In this document: positions 10,401-18,775 of the stretch, in pieces
Position numbering within the stretch: the first letter of the stretch is position 1
Layout of the letters: each line of letters begins with the position of its first letter
From: an uncultured Heliobacteriaceae bacterium
Lineage (GTDB): Bacteria > Acidobacteriota > Blastocatellia > RBC074
Assembly (NCBI GenBank): GCA_964457105.1
Contig: CAYWDW010000001.1
Coordinates: forward strand, 1-39,913
DNA length: 39,913 bases
Reading direction: 5' to 3'
The notes under the pieces: generated by a model
Seen by the model: the letters and a program-made list of their open reading frames with translations, nothing else
Told to the model about the DNA's origin: nothing
Databases searched by the model: none
Made by a program: the position numbers and the translations under genes

Positions 10401-11084
10401 GCCGAATCGCGGCAGCAACTGGAACTGCGCTTTGAAGGGTTCCGCGAACAATACGGCAGTTATTACACCGCCGCGCACGAATCCAGCGTCGGTCATCGGG
10501 CTTACGTGGAAATGATCGAAAGCTTTTATGCCAGCGCCGAATGGCAGAGCTTCAAGCTGCTGACGCAGCTCAAGCTTGACGGGCGCGCCTTTGAAAGCGA
10601 TGCGCGCCTGCTGACCGAACTGGTGGAAAAGACGCGCTGCGACCTGCCGATCAGCGACATCCTGCAACGTCAGCCGCATTGTGGCTGCTCCTTCCGGCTC
10701 AATCGCCGCCTCAATCTCGGCAGCATTCTGGATGCCTTCCGCAGCCTCGCCCGCTCGGCGGCGGCCTGTTACAGCCAGGAGGTCTGGAAGCGCCGCGAGG
10801 AGTTGCGGCTGTGCGTGCGCGAACACGCCAGCGAACCGCTGGCGAGCGCCCTCAGTTGCTTTCTGAGTTCCTGCGGCGAAGGCCGGATCGAAGGCCTCTC
10901 GCAGGAAGTCGTCAGCTTTCTTAACGAACACCTGCCCGACCCGCCGCTCGTCGCCGTCCTGCCCGACATTCCGCGCTTCGATGACGGCAGCTTCACCCGC
11001 GAACAGTTGCGCGAAAACCTCAACCGCTGGATTGATTCGCTGCCCGAAGAAGAAGGCCTGCGCTTTCGCGTCGAACGCGCCTGA
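7464..11084 (+). CDS. Large soluble P-loop NTPase, BrxC/PglY-like (DUF499/DUF6079-type), orphan
   Basis: 1206-aa ORF. Walker A GPRGSGKSH lies at nt 7650-7673. The Walker-B-like strand LVLFIDN has Asn in place of the usual acidic second residue (nt 7977-7982). An AYYPVHP motif sits at nt ~8313-8330. The N-terminal leader ending in YVVTEE before the P-loop resembles BrxC-type ATPases. A C-terminal Cys cluster (C-x13-C-x-C) lies at nt ~10630-10700. No TM segments and no clear SD. The CDS is confident; the family assignment comes from motif memory only. Confidence 0.65.
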   Translation: MAQIKSYVDLESYDEITTFAGADAERVVRSYVVTEETGKLAAQMLRDLIAPRGAAPALQLISGPRGSGKSHLLAFLRALTGTRAVRSIPGHPQLQQTLSHLGGRTLIPVELNFMAGEPTAFEAVLRAGLNSILVEGAAFDDTRWQQAVACEQVFEQTLSVMSLDVQLVLFIDNLSSRWRATPEVIESDLKWLKLIARQAESLPLRAVLALDEKDYAAQLEAGGPGALQPPVSVRALPPHLLRTVITQGVLRKKPEAKARLTALYQQITDSLPGFAWSEGEFIAYYPVHPTLETLAPAMCRHTRHFSLPGFVSTAVARALNRPELSLVTVDELFDRYEYELRKSEATAAPFALYDRLVTEALGNLSVEDRLWARMLGKALTLFLLTEEPVTVERLADATLMFDGGTATESGYERAARILAHFEPLAPETIRLAGAAGARSWQWHLVPPPVPLSEQLATAARDISRADPRLARLLLSVGGSVFADWNPGDLARPAEADIFRPLLPESAFSEITWRGTPRRGQIGLATNGQPPSGDEQNWRLLIVPFNAAAKSAATISQPGEVRWQAGELADDKALEPLAWLLALHERPEPTEDEQEEVNRLKAQLVAQVRELFTDLYLRRGVFADQHGTRPVSPDLDPASGFAALLNREITATLDSLYPDHPHFNGQLTSDDVLLLLTGLFASSSPNTEQVRELAARFAVPLGLVSETRGRFRLNVFNEAANLPPFIHALVTLVEIHADAEGCSDVPLHKVLRLLEVSPYGLPLAAQHLILVAFISSGVYELIDEATGKRLTKANLHLGFEPARFSTLRRVATTDYPLDILQTWSKRLTGRDDLPALISPEAHHTVRDALSDWLEQWRTQDLRERFEELPADLITMTTWVSVNMSIRRYERAAAMIENILEDVLTIETGLSRILDLFGLDVMALEQAWLKMQSLAGFLDWLPRFVQLRNYLLAAEMTGEAAIDEQGDELQSGLRELHELLLAESRQQLELRFEGFREQYGSYYTAAHESSVGHRAYVEMIESFYASAEWQSFKLLTQLKLDGRAFESDARLLTELVEKTRCDLPISDILQRQPHCGCSFRLNRRLNLGSILDAFRSLARSAAACYSQEVWKRREELRLCVREHASEPLASALSCFLSSCGEGRIEGLSQEVVSFLNEHLPDPPLVAVLPDIPRFDDGSFTREQLRENLNRWIDSLPEEEGLRFRVERA

Positions 11085-11093
11085 CCTCAGAAA

Positions 11094-11213
11094 TGCAGAT
11101 TGCAGATTGCAGATTGCGGAATAAAGACCGGGTTTCTGATCCCGCAATCCGCAATCTGCAATCTGCAATCTGCAATCTGCAATCTGCAATCTGCAATCTG
11201 CAATCTGCAATTC
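11094..11213. repeat. Heptanucleotide tandem-repeat hairpin: (GCAGATT)x3 opposite (GCAATCT)x8-10
   Basis: Read directly from the sequence. 11095-11120 pairs perfectly (26 bp) with 11148-11173 across a 27-nt loop. The right arm continues as further unpaired GCAATCT units to 11213. The element starts 10 nt after the ATPase stop codon (11082-11084). Confidence 0.9.
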
Positions 11214-11350
11214 TGACTGCCTGTCTCCTGGGCTTCACCTTGTCTGCCTGATCTTCCCAGGGTATTGTCTGCGACTCAGTATCCTGCGGGTTGGCGGGCG
11301 TCTCGCGGCTTTCCTGATTTTCAAGCAACTGACTGAACGGAATTGAAGTT

Positions 11351-14245
11351 TTGGCCCTGAATCTGCAATCAGTCGCCGGCAGCCGCGCGGTTGTGAGCGC
11401 GGCGCTGCTGTTAATGCCGGTGATCTATTTTTATCCGGTCATCACCAGCCACGTCACGCTGCTGCCCGGCGACGGATGGACGCAGATTTTCGGCATCAGA
11501 ATGCTGACCGGAAAGCTGATCGCCCAGGGCCTGCTGCCGCTGTGGAATCCGTATGTGTTTGGCGGCATGCCGCTGCTGGCCAGCATTCAGCCGGGCGCGC
11601 TCTATCCGCCAAGCTGGCTCTTTGCGCTGCTGACGCCGCGCGCCGCAATGAACGTCATGGTGATAACGACTTATCACCTGGCGCTGACGGGCGCTTACCT
11701 CTATGCGCGGCGCATCGGCATTGACCGCACTGGCGCCGTCATCAGCGGGCTGGCCTTTGCCTTCAGCGGCTATCTGATTTCACACCTCGGACACACCAAC
11801 CGCATTGCCGCCGCCGCGTGGCTGCCCTGGCTGCTGCTGGCGGTCGAAAACCTCTCGCTGACGGCCAGGTGGCGCTGGGTCACGCTCGGCGCACTATTCA
11901 TTGCGCTGCAAATGCTGGCCGGTGAACCGCAGATGACCTGTTACGCGGGGCTGGTGACGGCGGCTTACTGGGCTTTCACTTTGCTGTTCAGAAAACCGCC
12001 GGCGGGCAGATGGCGATTCATCATCACAACGGCGGTCATGGCGATGTGCGGCGCACTGCTGTCGGCCATTCAACTGCTGCCGACGCGGGAACTGCTCGCA
12101 CAGGGGCCGCGCGCGCGACTCACTTACGAATACTTTTCGCTTTACGCGCTGCCGCCGCATCAACTGACTGAATTCATCCTGCCGTATTTTTACGGCGGCG
12201 CGGTGGCGGGGCCGTACCACATTCCGTTCTGGGGCCAGGAGGCGATTACTGAAACGTGCGGTTATGTCGGTCTGCTCGCGCTGCTGCTCGCGCTGACGGC
12301 GATTATCGGGCGCAGGCGGCAGCCGCTGGTGTGGTTCTGGGCCGCCGTCGTGGTGATTTCGCTGCTGCTGGCGTGTGGCGCTTACCTGCCGTTTGACATC
12401 AACCGGGCGCTGTATCGGATTCCGGTTTACAACCTCTTTCGCGCTTCCGGGCGGCATCTGCTGGAGTGCGATTTTGCGCTGGCGGTGCTGGCCGGACTCG
12501 GCGCGCAATTCATCAGCGAAAGAAAGCCCGCTGAAACCGCCCGCGCCGCGCTCGCGGGCACGCTGCTGCTGGCGGCACTGGTGACGCTGACGCTGGTGCT
12601 TTATCTCTTTTTCGGCGAGCGCCTGGTCAGCGGCATTCCGCGTCCGCCGCAGGCCGGTTCAATCGCCGCCCCTGAAGCCTTTGTCCCGCTTTTACTCTTT
12701 ATCGTCAGCACAGCGGTCTGCTGGCTTCATCTCAGACAACGCCGGGCGTGGTCGGGGGCGGCCATGGTGGCGGTGCTGTTCATTGATCTTTGTTCGTTCG
12801 GGCATTTCTTTGACTGGCGGGTTTACGATTTTGATGTGGCGGCGCGGCTGGCCGATCCTCCGGCGGTCAGCTTTATCAAACAGCGCGAGCCTGATTTCAA
12901 TGGCTTTCGCGTGGCGAGTTCGACCGTGCGCCCCTGGCCGTTTGGCGCAGCTTACGATCAGATCAATGCGCCGAACGTTTCGATTGCGCGCGGGTTGCAA
13001 AGCATCAATGGTTATGACCCGGTGCGCCTGCTGCGCCTGAGCGCCATCACCGGTGAAATGAGCATCGAAGGCGAGCCGCAGAATCTGAATGTGTATGGCG
13101 CGGAGCATCAGGGCTTCAATCTGCTCAATGTGAAATACCTGCTGCACGAACGGGCGCAGGCTGACGCGGCCAGGCCGAGCGTAAATTACGACGGCATCAT
13201 CTTTGACGAAAAGCCGCTGCATCTGAAACTGCCGCCGGGCAGTCAGCTTGAATTCACTCCGAACGGCATAACAGCGGCGGAACTGGCCATCGTGTCCACG
13301 CTGGCCAATTCGATTCACCTGCCGGACGGCGCGCCGGTCGCCAGGATCACGCTGCAAACACGCGACGGGCGCACCATCGAACGCGAACTTCAGGCCGGGC
13401 GCGACACCGCCGAATGGTCGTGGGATGAACCGCGCACCAGCCAGGCGGCGCGGCATCACCGCGCCAGGGTCGTGAGCAACTGGCCGGTCAATGAAACTTA
13501 TCAGGGCCATCATTATCTCGCCCGCCTCGCCTTTGAGCGCAGCGACATCACCCGCATCACCCTGACCTCAGCGCAATCGGCCAGCGGTCCGGCGGCGGAT
13601 GTGCTGCTGATGCGGCTTTCGCTGTTTGATCCGGTCACGGGCCGGTCAGCGCCGCTTGATCCGGTCGCGCTGCCGACGACCAGGTGGCGCAAACTTCAAA
13701 GCTTCGGCGCGGTTGATCTGTACGAAAACCTGAAGGCGCAGCCCCGCGCCTGGTTCGTGCGCGAAGTCGCCGCGCGTCCCGCCGCCGAAGTGTTGCAGGC
13801 GGTCACGTCAGGCCGCATGAAAGACGGGCAGCCATTCGACCCGGCGCAGACGGCCCTGCTTGAGACTGAAGATTTCGGCGCGCGCGCGATCACGCTGCCC
13901 GCGACCGGCCCGGTCAGCGAGGCCCAGGTCAGCGTTACAAAATATGAACCGCAGCGCATTGAACTGGTGACGCGCAACGCGCAGCCGGGCTTTCTGGTGC
14001 TGAGCGAAATTTATTATCGCGGCTGGGAAGCGTGGATTGACGGGCAGCGCGTGCCGGTTGAGCGCGCCAATTACGTCCTGCGCGGGCTGGCCGTGCCTGC
14101 CGGTGAACATCGCGTGGAATTCATCTTTCGCGCGCACAGCTTTCGCAACGGCGCAATGTATTCACTGCTCGGCGCGCTGCTGCTGACGGGCGGCGCGCTG
14201 CTGCAACGACGTTACTCACGCAGGAGAGCAGAAAAGCGGCTCTGA
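11351..14245 (+). CDS. YfhO family GT-C membrane glycosyltransferase, paralog 1
   Basis: 964-aa polytopic membrane ORF. The N-terminal motif is PGDGWTQ..LWNPY.FGG.PLLA. The C-terminal periplasmic domain ends with the YfhO-typical YYRGWEAWIDGQRVPVERANYVLRG..VPAGEHRVEF plus a final TM helix. The only in-frame start ahead of the first TM helix is TTG at 11351 (upstream in-frame stop at 11330-11332). Confidence 0.85.
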   Translation: MALNLQSVAGSRAVVSAALLLMPVIYFYPVITSHVTLLPGDGWTQIFGIRMLTGKLIAQGLLPLWNPYVFGGMPLLASIQPGALYPPSWLFALLTPRAAMNVMVITTYHLALTGAYLYARRIGIDRTGAVISGLAFAFSGYLISHLGHTNRIAAAAWLPWLLLAVENLSLTARWRWVTLGALFIALQMLAGEPQMTCYAGLVTAAYWAFTLLFRKPPAGRWRFIITTAVMAMCGALLSAIQLLPTRELLAQGPRARLTYEYFSLYALPPHQLTEFILPYFYGGAVAGPYHIPFWGQEAITETCGYVGLLALLLALTAIIGRRRQPLVWFWAAVVVISLLLACGAYLPFDINRALYRIPVYNLFRASGRHLLECDFALAVLAGLGAQFISERKPAETARAALAGTLLLAALVTLTLVLYLFFGERLVSGIPRPPQAGSIAAPEAFVPLLLFIVSTAVCWLHLRQRRAWSGAAMVAVLFIDLCSFGHFFDWRVYDFDVAARLADPPAVSFIKQREPDFNGFRVASSTVRPWPFGAAYDQINAPNVSIARGLQSINGYDPVRLLRLSAITGEMSIEGEPQNLNVYGAEHQGFNLLNVKYLLHERAQADAARPSVNYDGIIFDEKPLHLKLPPGSQLEFTPNGITAAELAIVSTLANSIHLPDGAPVARITLQTRDGRTIERELQAGRDTAEWSWDEPRTSQAARHHRARVVSNWPVNETYQGHHYLARLAFERSDITRITLTSAQSASGPAADVLLMRLSLFDPVTGRSAPLDPVALPTTRWRKLQSFGAVDLYENLKAQPRAWFVREVAARPAAEVLQAVTSGRMKDGQPFDPAQTALLETEDFGARAITLPATGPVSEAQVSVTKYEPQRIELVTRNAQPGFLVLSEIYYRGWEAWIDGQRVPVERANYVLRGLAVPAGEHRVEFIFRAHSFRNGAMYSLLGALLLTGGALLQRRYSRRRAEKRL

Positions 14246-14306
14246 ATGAACACGAATTTTCACGAATGACCGAAATTCAAAATCATCAGCGTGAAATGAT
14301 CCTGAC

Positions 14307-17300
14307 TTGAAGGCTTCAACCTCAAAGCTGAAATCAACCAGCACGCATCGCGCCCTGATCGGGGCGGCGCTGCTCGTGCTGCCGCTGGTCTGGTTTTATC
14401 CGGCGTTCACGGGCAGTTCATCGCTCGCGCCGGGTGATGGCTGGTTTCAGAATTTCGGCGTGCGCGTGCTGACTGGCAGGCTGCTTGACAGCGGTTTTCT
14501 GCCGCTCTGGAATCCGTATATTTTCGGTGGCCTGCCGTTGCTGGCGAGCACCTATCCGGGCGCGCTTTATCCGCCCAACTGGCTGTTTGCGCTGTTCTCG
14601 CCGGGCGTGGCGATGAAGGTCGTGGTCATCACGACTTATCACCTGGCGCTGCTTGGCACGTATCTTTATCTGCGCCGGGTCGGGCTGTCACGACTGGCGG
14701 CGCTGGCGGGCGGGCTGAGCTTCACCTTCAGCGGTTTTATGATCGCGCATCTCGGTCACACGTCGCGCATCGCGGCGGCGGCGTGGCTGCCCTGGATGAT
14801 GCTGGCGATGGAGCAGCTTTATCAGCGCATTTCGTGGCGGTGGGTCGTCATCGGGTCCTTCTTTTTCGCGCTGCAGTTTCTGGCCGGTGAACCGCAGATG
14901 CTGGTTTACACGGCGCTGGTGGCCGGGGCTTATGTGCTGTTTGCCATGCTCTTTCGTCCGGCGACTGCGCCGCGCTGGCAGTTGCTTGCGGCGGCGGCCA
15001 CGATGATTGTTTGCGGCACGCTGCTGGCGGCGATCAACTGGATTCCGTCCCGCGAACTGGTGCAGCAAAGCGGGCGCGCAAAGCTGACGTATGAATACTT
15101 CAGCGCGTTTTCAATGCCGCCGCGTCAGGTGGTGTCGCTGATCTTTCCCTATTTTTTCGGCGGCGCGGTTTCGCGGCCATACATCCTTGCGCCCTGGGGG
15201 CCGTCGGACTGGGGCGCCGACAACGTGGCGGTTTCGTGCGGCTATGTGGGAATGTTCGCGCTGCTGCTGGCGCTCGTGGCCATCTGCGGGTCGCAGCGGT
15301 GGCGGCTGGTCTGGTTCTGGGGCTTTATCGCCGCGCTGTCGCTGACGCTGGCCTTTGGCGCCTACCTGCCCTTCGGACTCAATGGCCTGTTGTATCGCCT
15401 GCCGGTTTACAACCTCTTTCGCGGCTCTTACCGTCACCTGCTGGAGTTTGATTTTGCGGTTTCAGCGCTGGCCGGCTTCGGGCTGCATTACCTGGCGCAG
15501 ATGGATCAGGCCAGCGTGCGCCGCGCCCTCACCCGCGCGGCGGCAAGCCTGGGTCTGCTGGTGACTGTGACCGCGATTGTTTACTGTTTTTTCTGGCCGC
15601 ACCTGCTGACGAATAAACCGCGTCAGCCGCAGTTCGGTTCGCTCACCAATGCCGAAGCGCTCATTCCGATCAGCTTTTTTCTGCTCAGCGTGATGACCGC
15701 ATGGTTTTATGCGCGGCGTCGCAGCCGCCTGGCCGGCGCGCTGCTGATCGGATTGCTGCTGGCTGATCTGGCGGCTTTCGGGCACGCCTTTGAGTGGCGC
15801 AATGCGGCGTTTGACGCGAACGCGCAACTCAGCGATCCGCCCGCCGTCAGGGCCATCAAGGCCCGCGAAACCGATCTGAACTCGTTTCGCATTCTCAGTC
15901 ACGGCGCAATGCCGTTTGTCGAAAATTACGACGCGCTCGATTTTCCGAATGTCTCGATTGCGCGCGGCCTGCAAAGCGTCAACGGCTATGACGTGCTGCA
16001 ACTGCGCCGCTTCGCCGCCGTCGCCGGTGAGATGACCGCTGAAGGCGCGGTGCAGGACAGCAGCGCCTTCGACCCGCAGCATCAGGGTTTCAATCTGCTC
16101 AATGTGAAATACCTGCTCAATGAACGGCGCGTGCCGGTTGATGAATTTCACGGCGATAAAATTGACGGCGTCGTGTTCAGCCGCGCTCCGCTGAGCCTCA
16201 GGCTCAGGCCGGGCACGCACGTTGAAATGGCGCTGAACGGCGTGACGGCCACTGAACTCGCCGTCATTTCATCGCTGAGCAATGCAGCCGCGCTGACAAA
16301 CGGCACGCCGGTGGCCAGCGTCAGGCTGCACACGAGCGACGGGCGCGTGATTGAACGCGAATTGCAGGCCGGGCGCGACACTGCCGAATGGGCCTGGGAT
16401 CGCGCCGATGTGACGTCCGTCATCAGACATCAGCGCGCTGCCGCAGCGCAAAGCTGGGACGCGGGCGGCTTCGCGGGCCATCGGTATCTGGCACGGCTGC
16501 GGTTTGACCGGGCTGAAATCGTCAGCGTGGAATTTGATTTTCGTGAAACCGGATCGGTTGAACTCAGCCTCGAACGCGCTTCGCTGTTTGACGCGCAGTC
16601 GCAGACCTCAACGCCGCTCGACAGTCGCACGCTGCCCGCTTCACGCTGGCGCAAACTGGCGCAGTTCGACACCGTTGATTTATACGAAAACATCAGGGCG
16701 CTGCCCCGCGCCTGGTTTGTGCGCGAGGTGCAGGCCCGGCCTGCCGCTGAAGTGTTGCAGGCCATCAAAACCGGCAGGCTGACCGATCAGCAGCCCTTCG
16801 ATCCGGCACAGACGGCCCTGCTTGAGACTGAAGATTTCGGCGCGCGCGCGATCACGCTGCCCGCGACCGGCCCGGTCAGCGAGGCCCAGGTCAGCGTTAC
16901 AAAATATGAACCGCAGCGCATTGAACTGGTGACGCGCAACGCGCAGCCGGGCTTTCTGGTGCTGAGCGAAATTTATTATCGCGGCTGGGAAGCGTGGATT
17001 GACGGGCAGCGCGTGCCGGTTGAGCGCGTCAATCACGTCCTGCGCGGCGTGAGTGTCGCGCCGGGCAGCCATCGCATCGAATTTGTGTTTCGCTCGCCGG
17101 GCTTTCGCAACGGCATCAGGTATTCACTGCTCAGCCTGCTCGTGCTGCTGACCGGAGCCGTCATCAGTCAGACCGGGTGGCCGCGACGCCCAGGCCTGCA
17201 GTCAGCGGCAAAATTTCGTTTCAGGGTGCGCGGTTCAAAATGGTGGCTCGGCGGCGTGGTCGTGGCGCTGACGCTGTATGGCGCAACGCTCATTCGGCAG

Positions 17301-18719
17301 GCTTCTTATGCGGTCGGCGGCTCTGACAGTTCAGGGTATGCCAGCGTTGCGCGCGCACTGTTGAGCGATCATCTGGTGCAGGAGGTCGCGCCGCTCAGAC
17401 AACTCGGACTGCCCGCTGAGTTCGCGCCGTATTTCATTCCGCTCGGTCACGCGCCGGGGCCGCGTCCGGGCACGATGTCGTCATTTTATCCCGTTGGCTG
17501 GCCGCTGCACCTGGCGGCGGCGGCGACGCTGGCAGGCTGGAAAAACGGGCCGTTCATCGTCAGTCCGCTGCTGGCGGTGCTGTGCCTGGTGCTGATGTAT
17601 CTGGTCGGCATCGAGCTGGGATTGTCGCGCGGTCTGGCCGCGACGGGTTCATTTCTGCTCGCGGTGTGTCCGGTCTTTGTGTATCTGGCGCTGCAACCGA
17701 TGAGCGACATTGCCGCGACTTTCTGGTCACTGCTGGCAGTGCTGGCGGCCTTGCGTTCAGGGCGACAGCAGCCATGGGCCGTCGTGGCCGGCGCGGCCTT
17801 CGGCGTGGCCTTTCTGGTGCGCCCGACGAATGTGCTGCTGCTGGCGCCGCTGCTGCTGAGCCTGCGGCTGAAGCCCAGGACGCTGCTTTACTTTCTGCTC
17901 GGTGGCGCGCCGCTGGCCCTCGTTTTTCTGATTTACAACCAGGCGGCGTATGGTCATCCGCTGCGCACCGGGTACGGGGCAATTCAGTTGCAGGATGCGA
18001 TTGCGCTTCATTATTTTCCGGCGCGCTTCAGGCACTATGTTTACTGGCTGGCGATGATGATGAGTCCGCTGCCGCTTGTCGGCTGGCTGCTGACGGCCTT
18101 CAATCGCCGGATTGAATGGCGACGGCGCGCGTTGCTGATCGGCTGGTTTGCGGCGTTCTTTCTGTTTTACTGCTGCTACGAAATTTACAACGAATGGTGG
18201 TACACGCGCTTTTTACTGCCGGGCATTCCGGCGCTGATTATCGGCCTGCTGCTGACGGCGCAGACGCTGGCGGCAAACGTGGCTGACCGGCTGACGAGTG
18301 AACGACGGCGGCAGGCGTGGCGCGCGGCGGTAATTTGCGTGCTGCTGATTATTCCGGCAATCTTTGCGCAGCAGATCCTCCGGCGTTTTGCGATTCTCAG
18401 TCTGGGCGCGACCGATTATGTGCATGCGCGTTCGTGTCGCTGGGCTGATCGTCAGTTGCCCGCGCAGGCGCTGGTGGTTTCGATGGAGATGAGCGGCGCG
18501 CTGAAATTTTACACGGGCCGCCCGATTGCGCGCTGGGATTACCTGCTGCCGGAACAATGGACGATCATCAGCCGTCACGCGGCGGAGCGGAACGTGCGCT
18601 GTTATGCGCTGCTGATGCCGCAGGAGATTGCCGCCGCGCAGCAACACCTGCCTGGCCGGTGGCGTCAGCTTGGGCAGTATCAGCAGATCAGCCTCTGGCA
18701 GATTGAGCAACAACCATAA
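14307..18719 (+). CDS. Fusion protein: YfhO family GT-C module (aa 1 to ~950) + ArnT/PMT-like (GT39/GT83-type) GT-C module (aa ~970-1470)
   Basis: 1470-aa continuous ORF. The N-terminal ~950 aa are paralogous to 11351..14245 and include a 220-nt identical tract. The C-terminal ~500 aa add about 10 more TM helices with an early loop motif (GGSDSSGY) and a soluble tail, resembling polyprenyl-phosphate-dependent ArnT/PMT_2 enzymes. TTG start at 14307 (in-frame stop at 14292-14294). Confidence 0.8.
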   Translation: MKASTSKLKSTSTHRALIGAALLVLPLVWFYPAFTGSSSLAPGDGWFQNFGVRVLTGRLLDSGFLPLWNPYIFGGLPLLASTYPGALYPPNWLFALFSPGVAMKVVVITTYHLALLGTYLYLRRVGLSRLAALAGGLSFTFSGFMIAHLGHTSRIAAAAWLPWMMLAMEQLYQRISWRWVVIGSFFFALQFLAGEPQMLVYTALVAGAYVLFAMLFRPATAPRWQLLAAAATMIVCGTLLAAINWIPSRELVQQSGRAKLTYEYFSAFSMPPRQVVSLIFPYFFGGAVSRPYILAPWGPSDWGADNVAVSCGYVGMFALLLALVAICGSQRWRLVWFWGFIAALSLTLAFGAYLPFGLNGLLYRLPVYNLFRGSYRHLLEFDFAVSALAGFGLHYLAQMDQASVRRALTRAAASLGLLVTVTAIVYCFFWPHLLTNKPRQPQFGSLTNAEALIPISFFLLSVMTAWFYARRRSRLAGALLIGLLLADLAAFGHAFEWRNAAFDANAQLSDPPAVRAIKARETDLNSFRILSHGAMPFVENYDALDFPNVSIARGLQSVNGYDVLQLRRFAAVAGEMTAEGAVQDSSAFDPQHQGFNLLNVKYLLNERRVPVDEFHGDKIDGVVFSRAPLSLRLRPGTHVEMALNGVTATELAVISSLSNAAALTNGTPVASVRLHTSDGRVIERELQAGRDTAEWAWDRADVTSVIRHQRAAAAQSWDAGGFAGHRYLARLRFDRAEIVSVEFDFRETGSVELSLERASLFDAQSQTSTPLDSRTLPASRWRKLAQFDTVDLYENIRALPRAWFVREVQARPAAEVLQAIKTGRLTDQQPFDPAQTALLETEDFGARAITLPATGPVSEAQVSVTKYEPQRIELVTRNAQPGFLVLSEIYYRGWEAWIDGQRVPVERVNHVLRGVSVAPGSHRIEFVFRSPGFRNGIRYSLLSLLVLLTGAVISQTGWPRRPGLQSAAKFRFRVRGSKWWLGGVVVALTLYGATLIRQASYAVGGSDSSGYASVARALLSDHLVQEVAPLRQLGLPAEFAPYFIPLGHAPGPRPGTMSSFYPVGWPLHLAAAATLAGWKNGPFIVSPLLAVLCLVLMYLVGIELGLSRGLAATGSFLLAVCPVFVYLALQPMSDIAATFWSLLAVLAALRSGRQQPWAVVAGAAFGVAFLVRPTNVLLLAPLLLSLRLKPRTLLYFLLGGAPLALVFLIYNQAAYGHPLRTGYGAIQLQDAIALHYFPARFRHYVYWLAMMMSPLPLVGWLLTAFNRRIEWRRRALLIGWFAAFFLFYCCYEIYNEWWYTRFLLPGIPALIIGLLLTAQTLAANVADRLTSERRRQAWRAAVICVLLIIPAIFAQQILRRFAILSLGATDYVHARSCRWADRQLPAQALVVSMEMSGALKFYTGRPIARWDYLLPEQWTIISRHAAERNVRCYALLMPQEIAAAQQHLPGRWRQLGQYQQISLWQIEQQP

Positions 18720-18775
18720 AGATGAACAAACGACCGGCTGCCGTCCGGCCAGCCAACTGACAAGGAGATCACGCG

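Noticed and set aside
7464-11084. Calling the locus a BREX/Pgl defence system
   Set aside because: Only the BrxC/PglY-like ATPase is present. No PglX methyltransferase, PglZ, BrxA/B/L or protease occurs within 40 kb. It is reported as an orphan ATPase rather than a BREX system.
11094-11213. Possible CRISPR array, because of the regular short repeats here and at 20290-20421 and 30981-31140
   Set aside because: The units are 7 nt, directly abutting with no spacers, and are arranged as inverted arms. No cas genes are present. This is not CRISPR architecture.
10368-11328. Minus-strand ORFs (10368..11210 and 11020..11328) encoding repeated QIADCRL peptides
   Set aside because: The repeats are simply the heptamer DNA repeat (7 nt x 3 = 21 nt) read through in frame. 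The rest is antisense to the ATPase gene, and there is no independent coding evidence.
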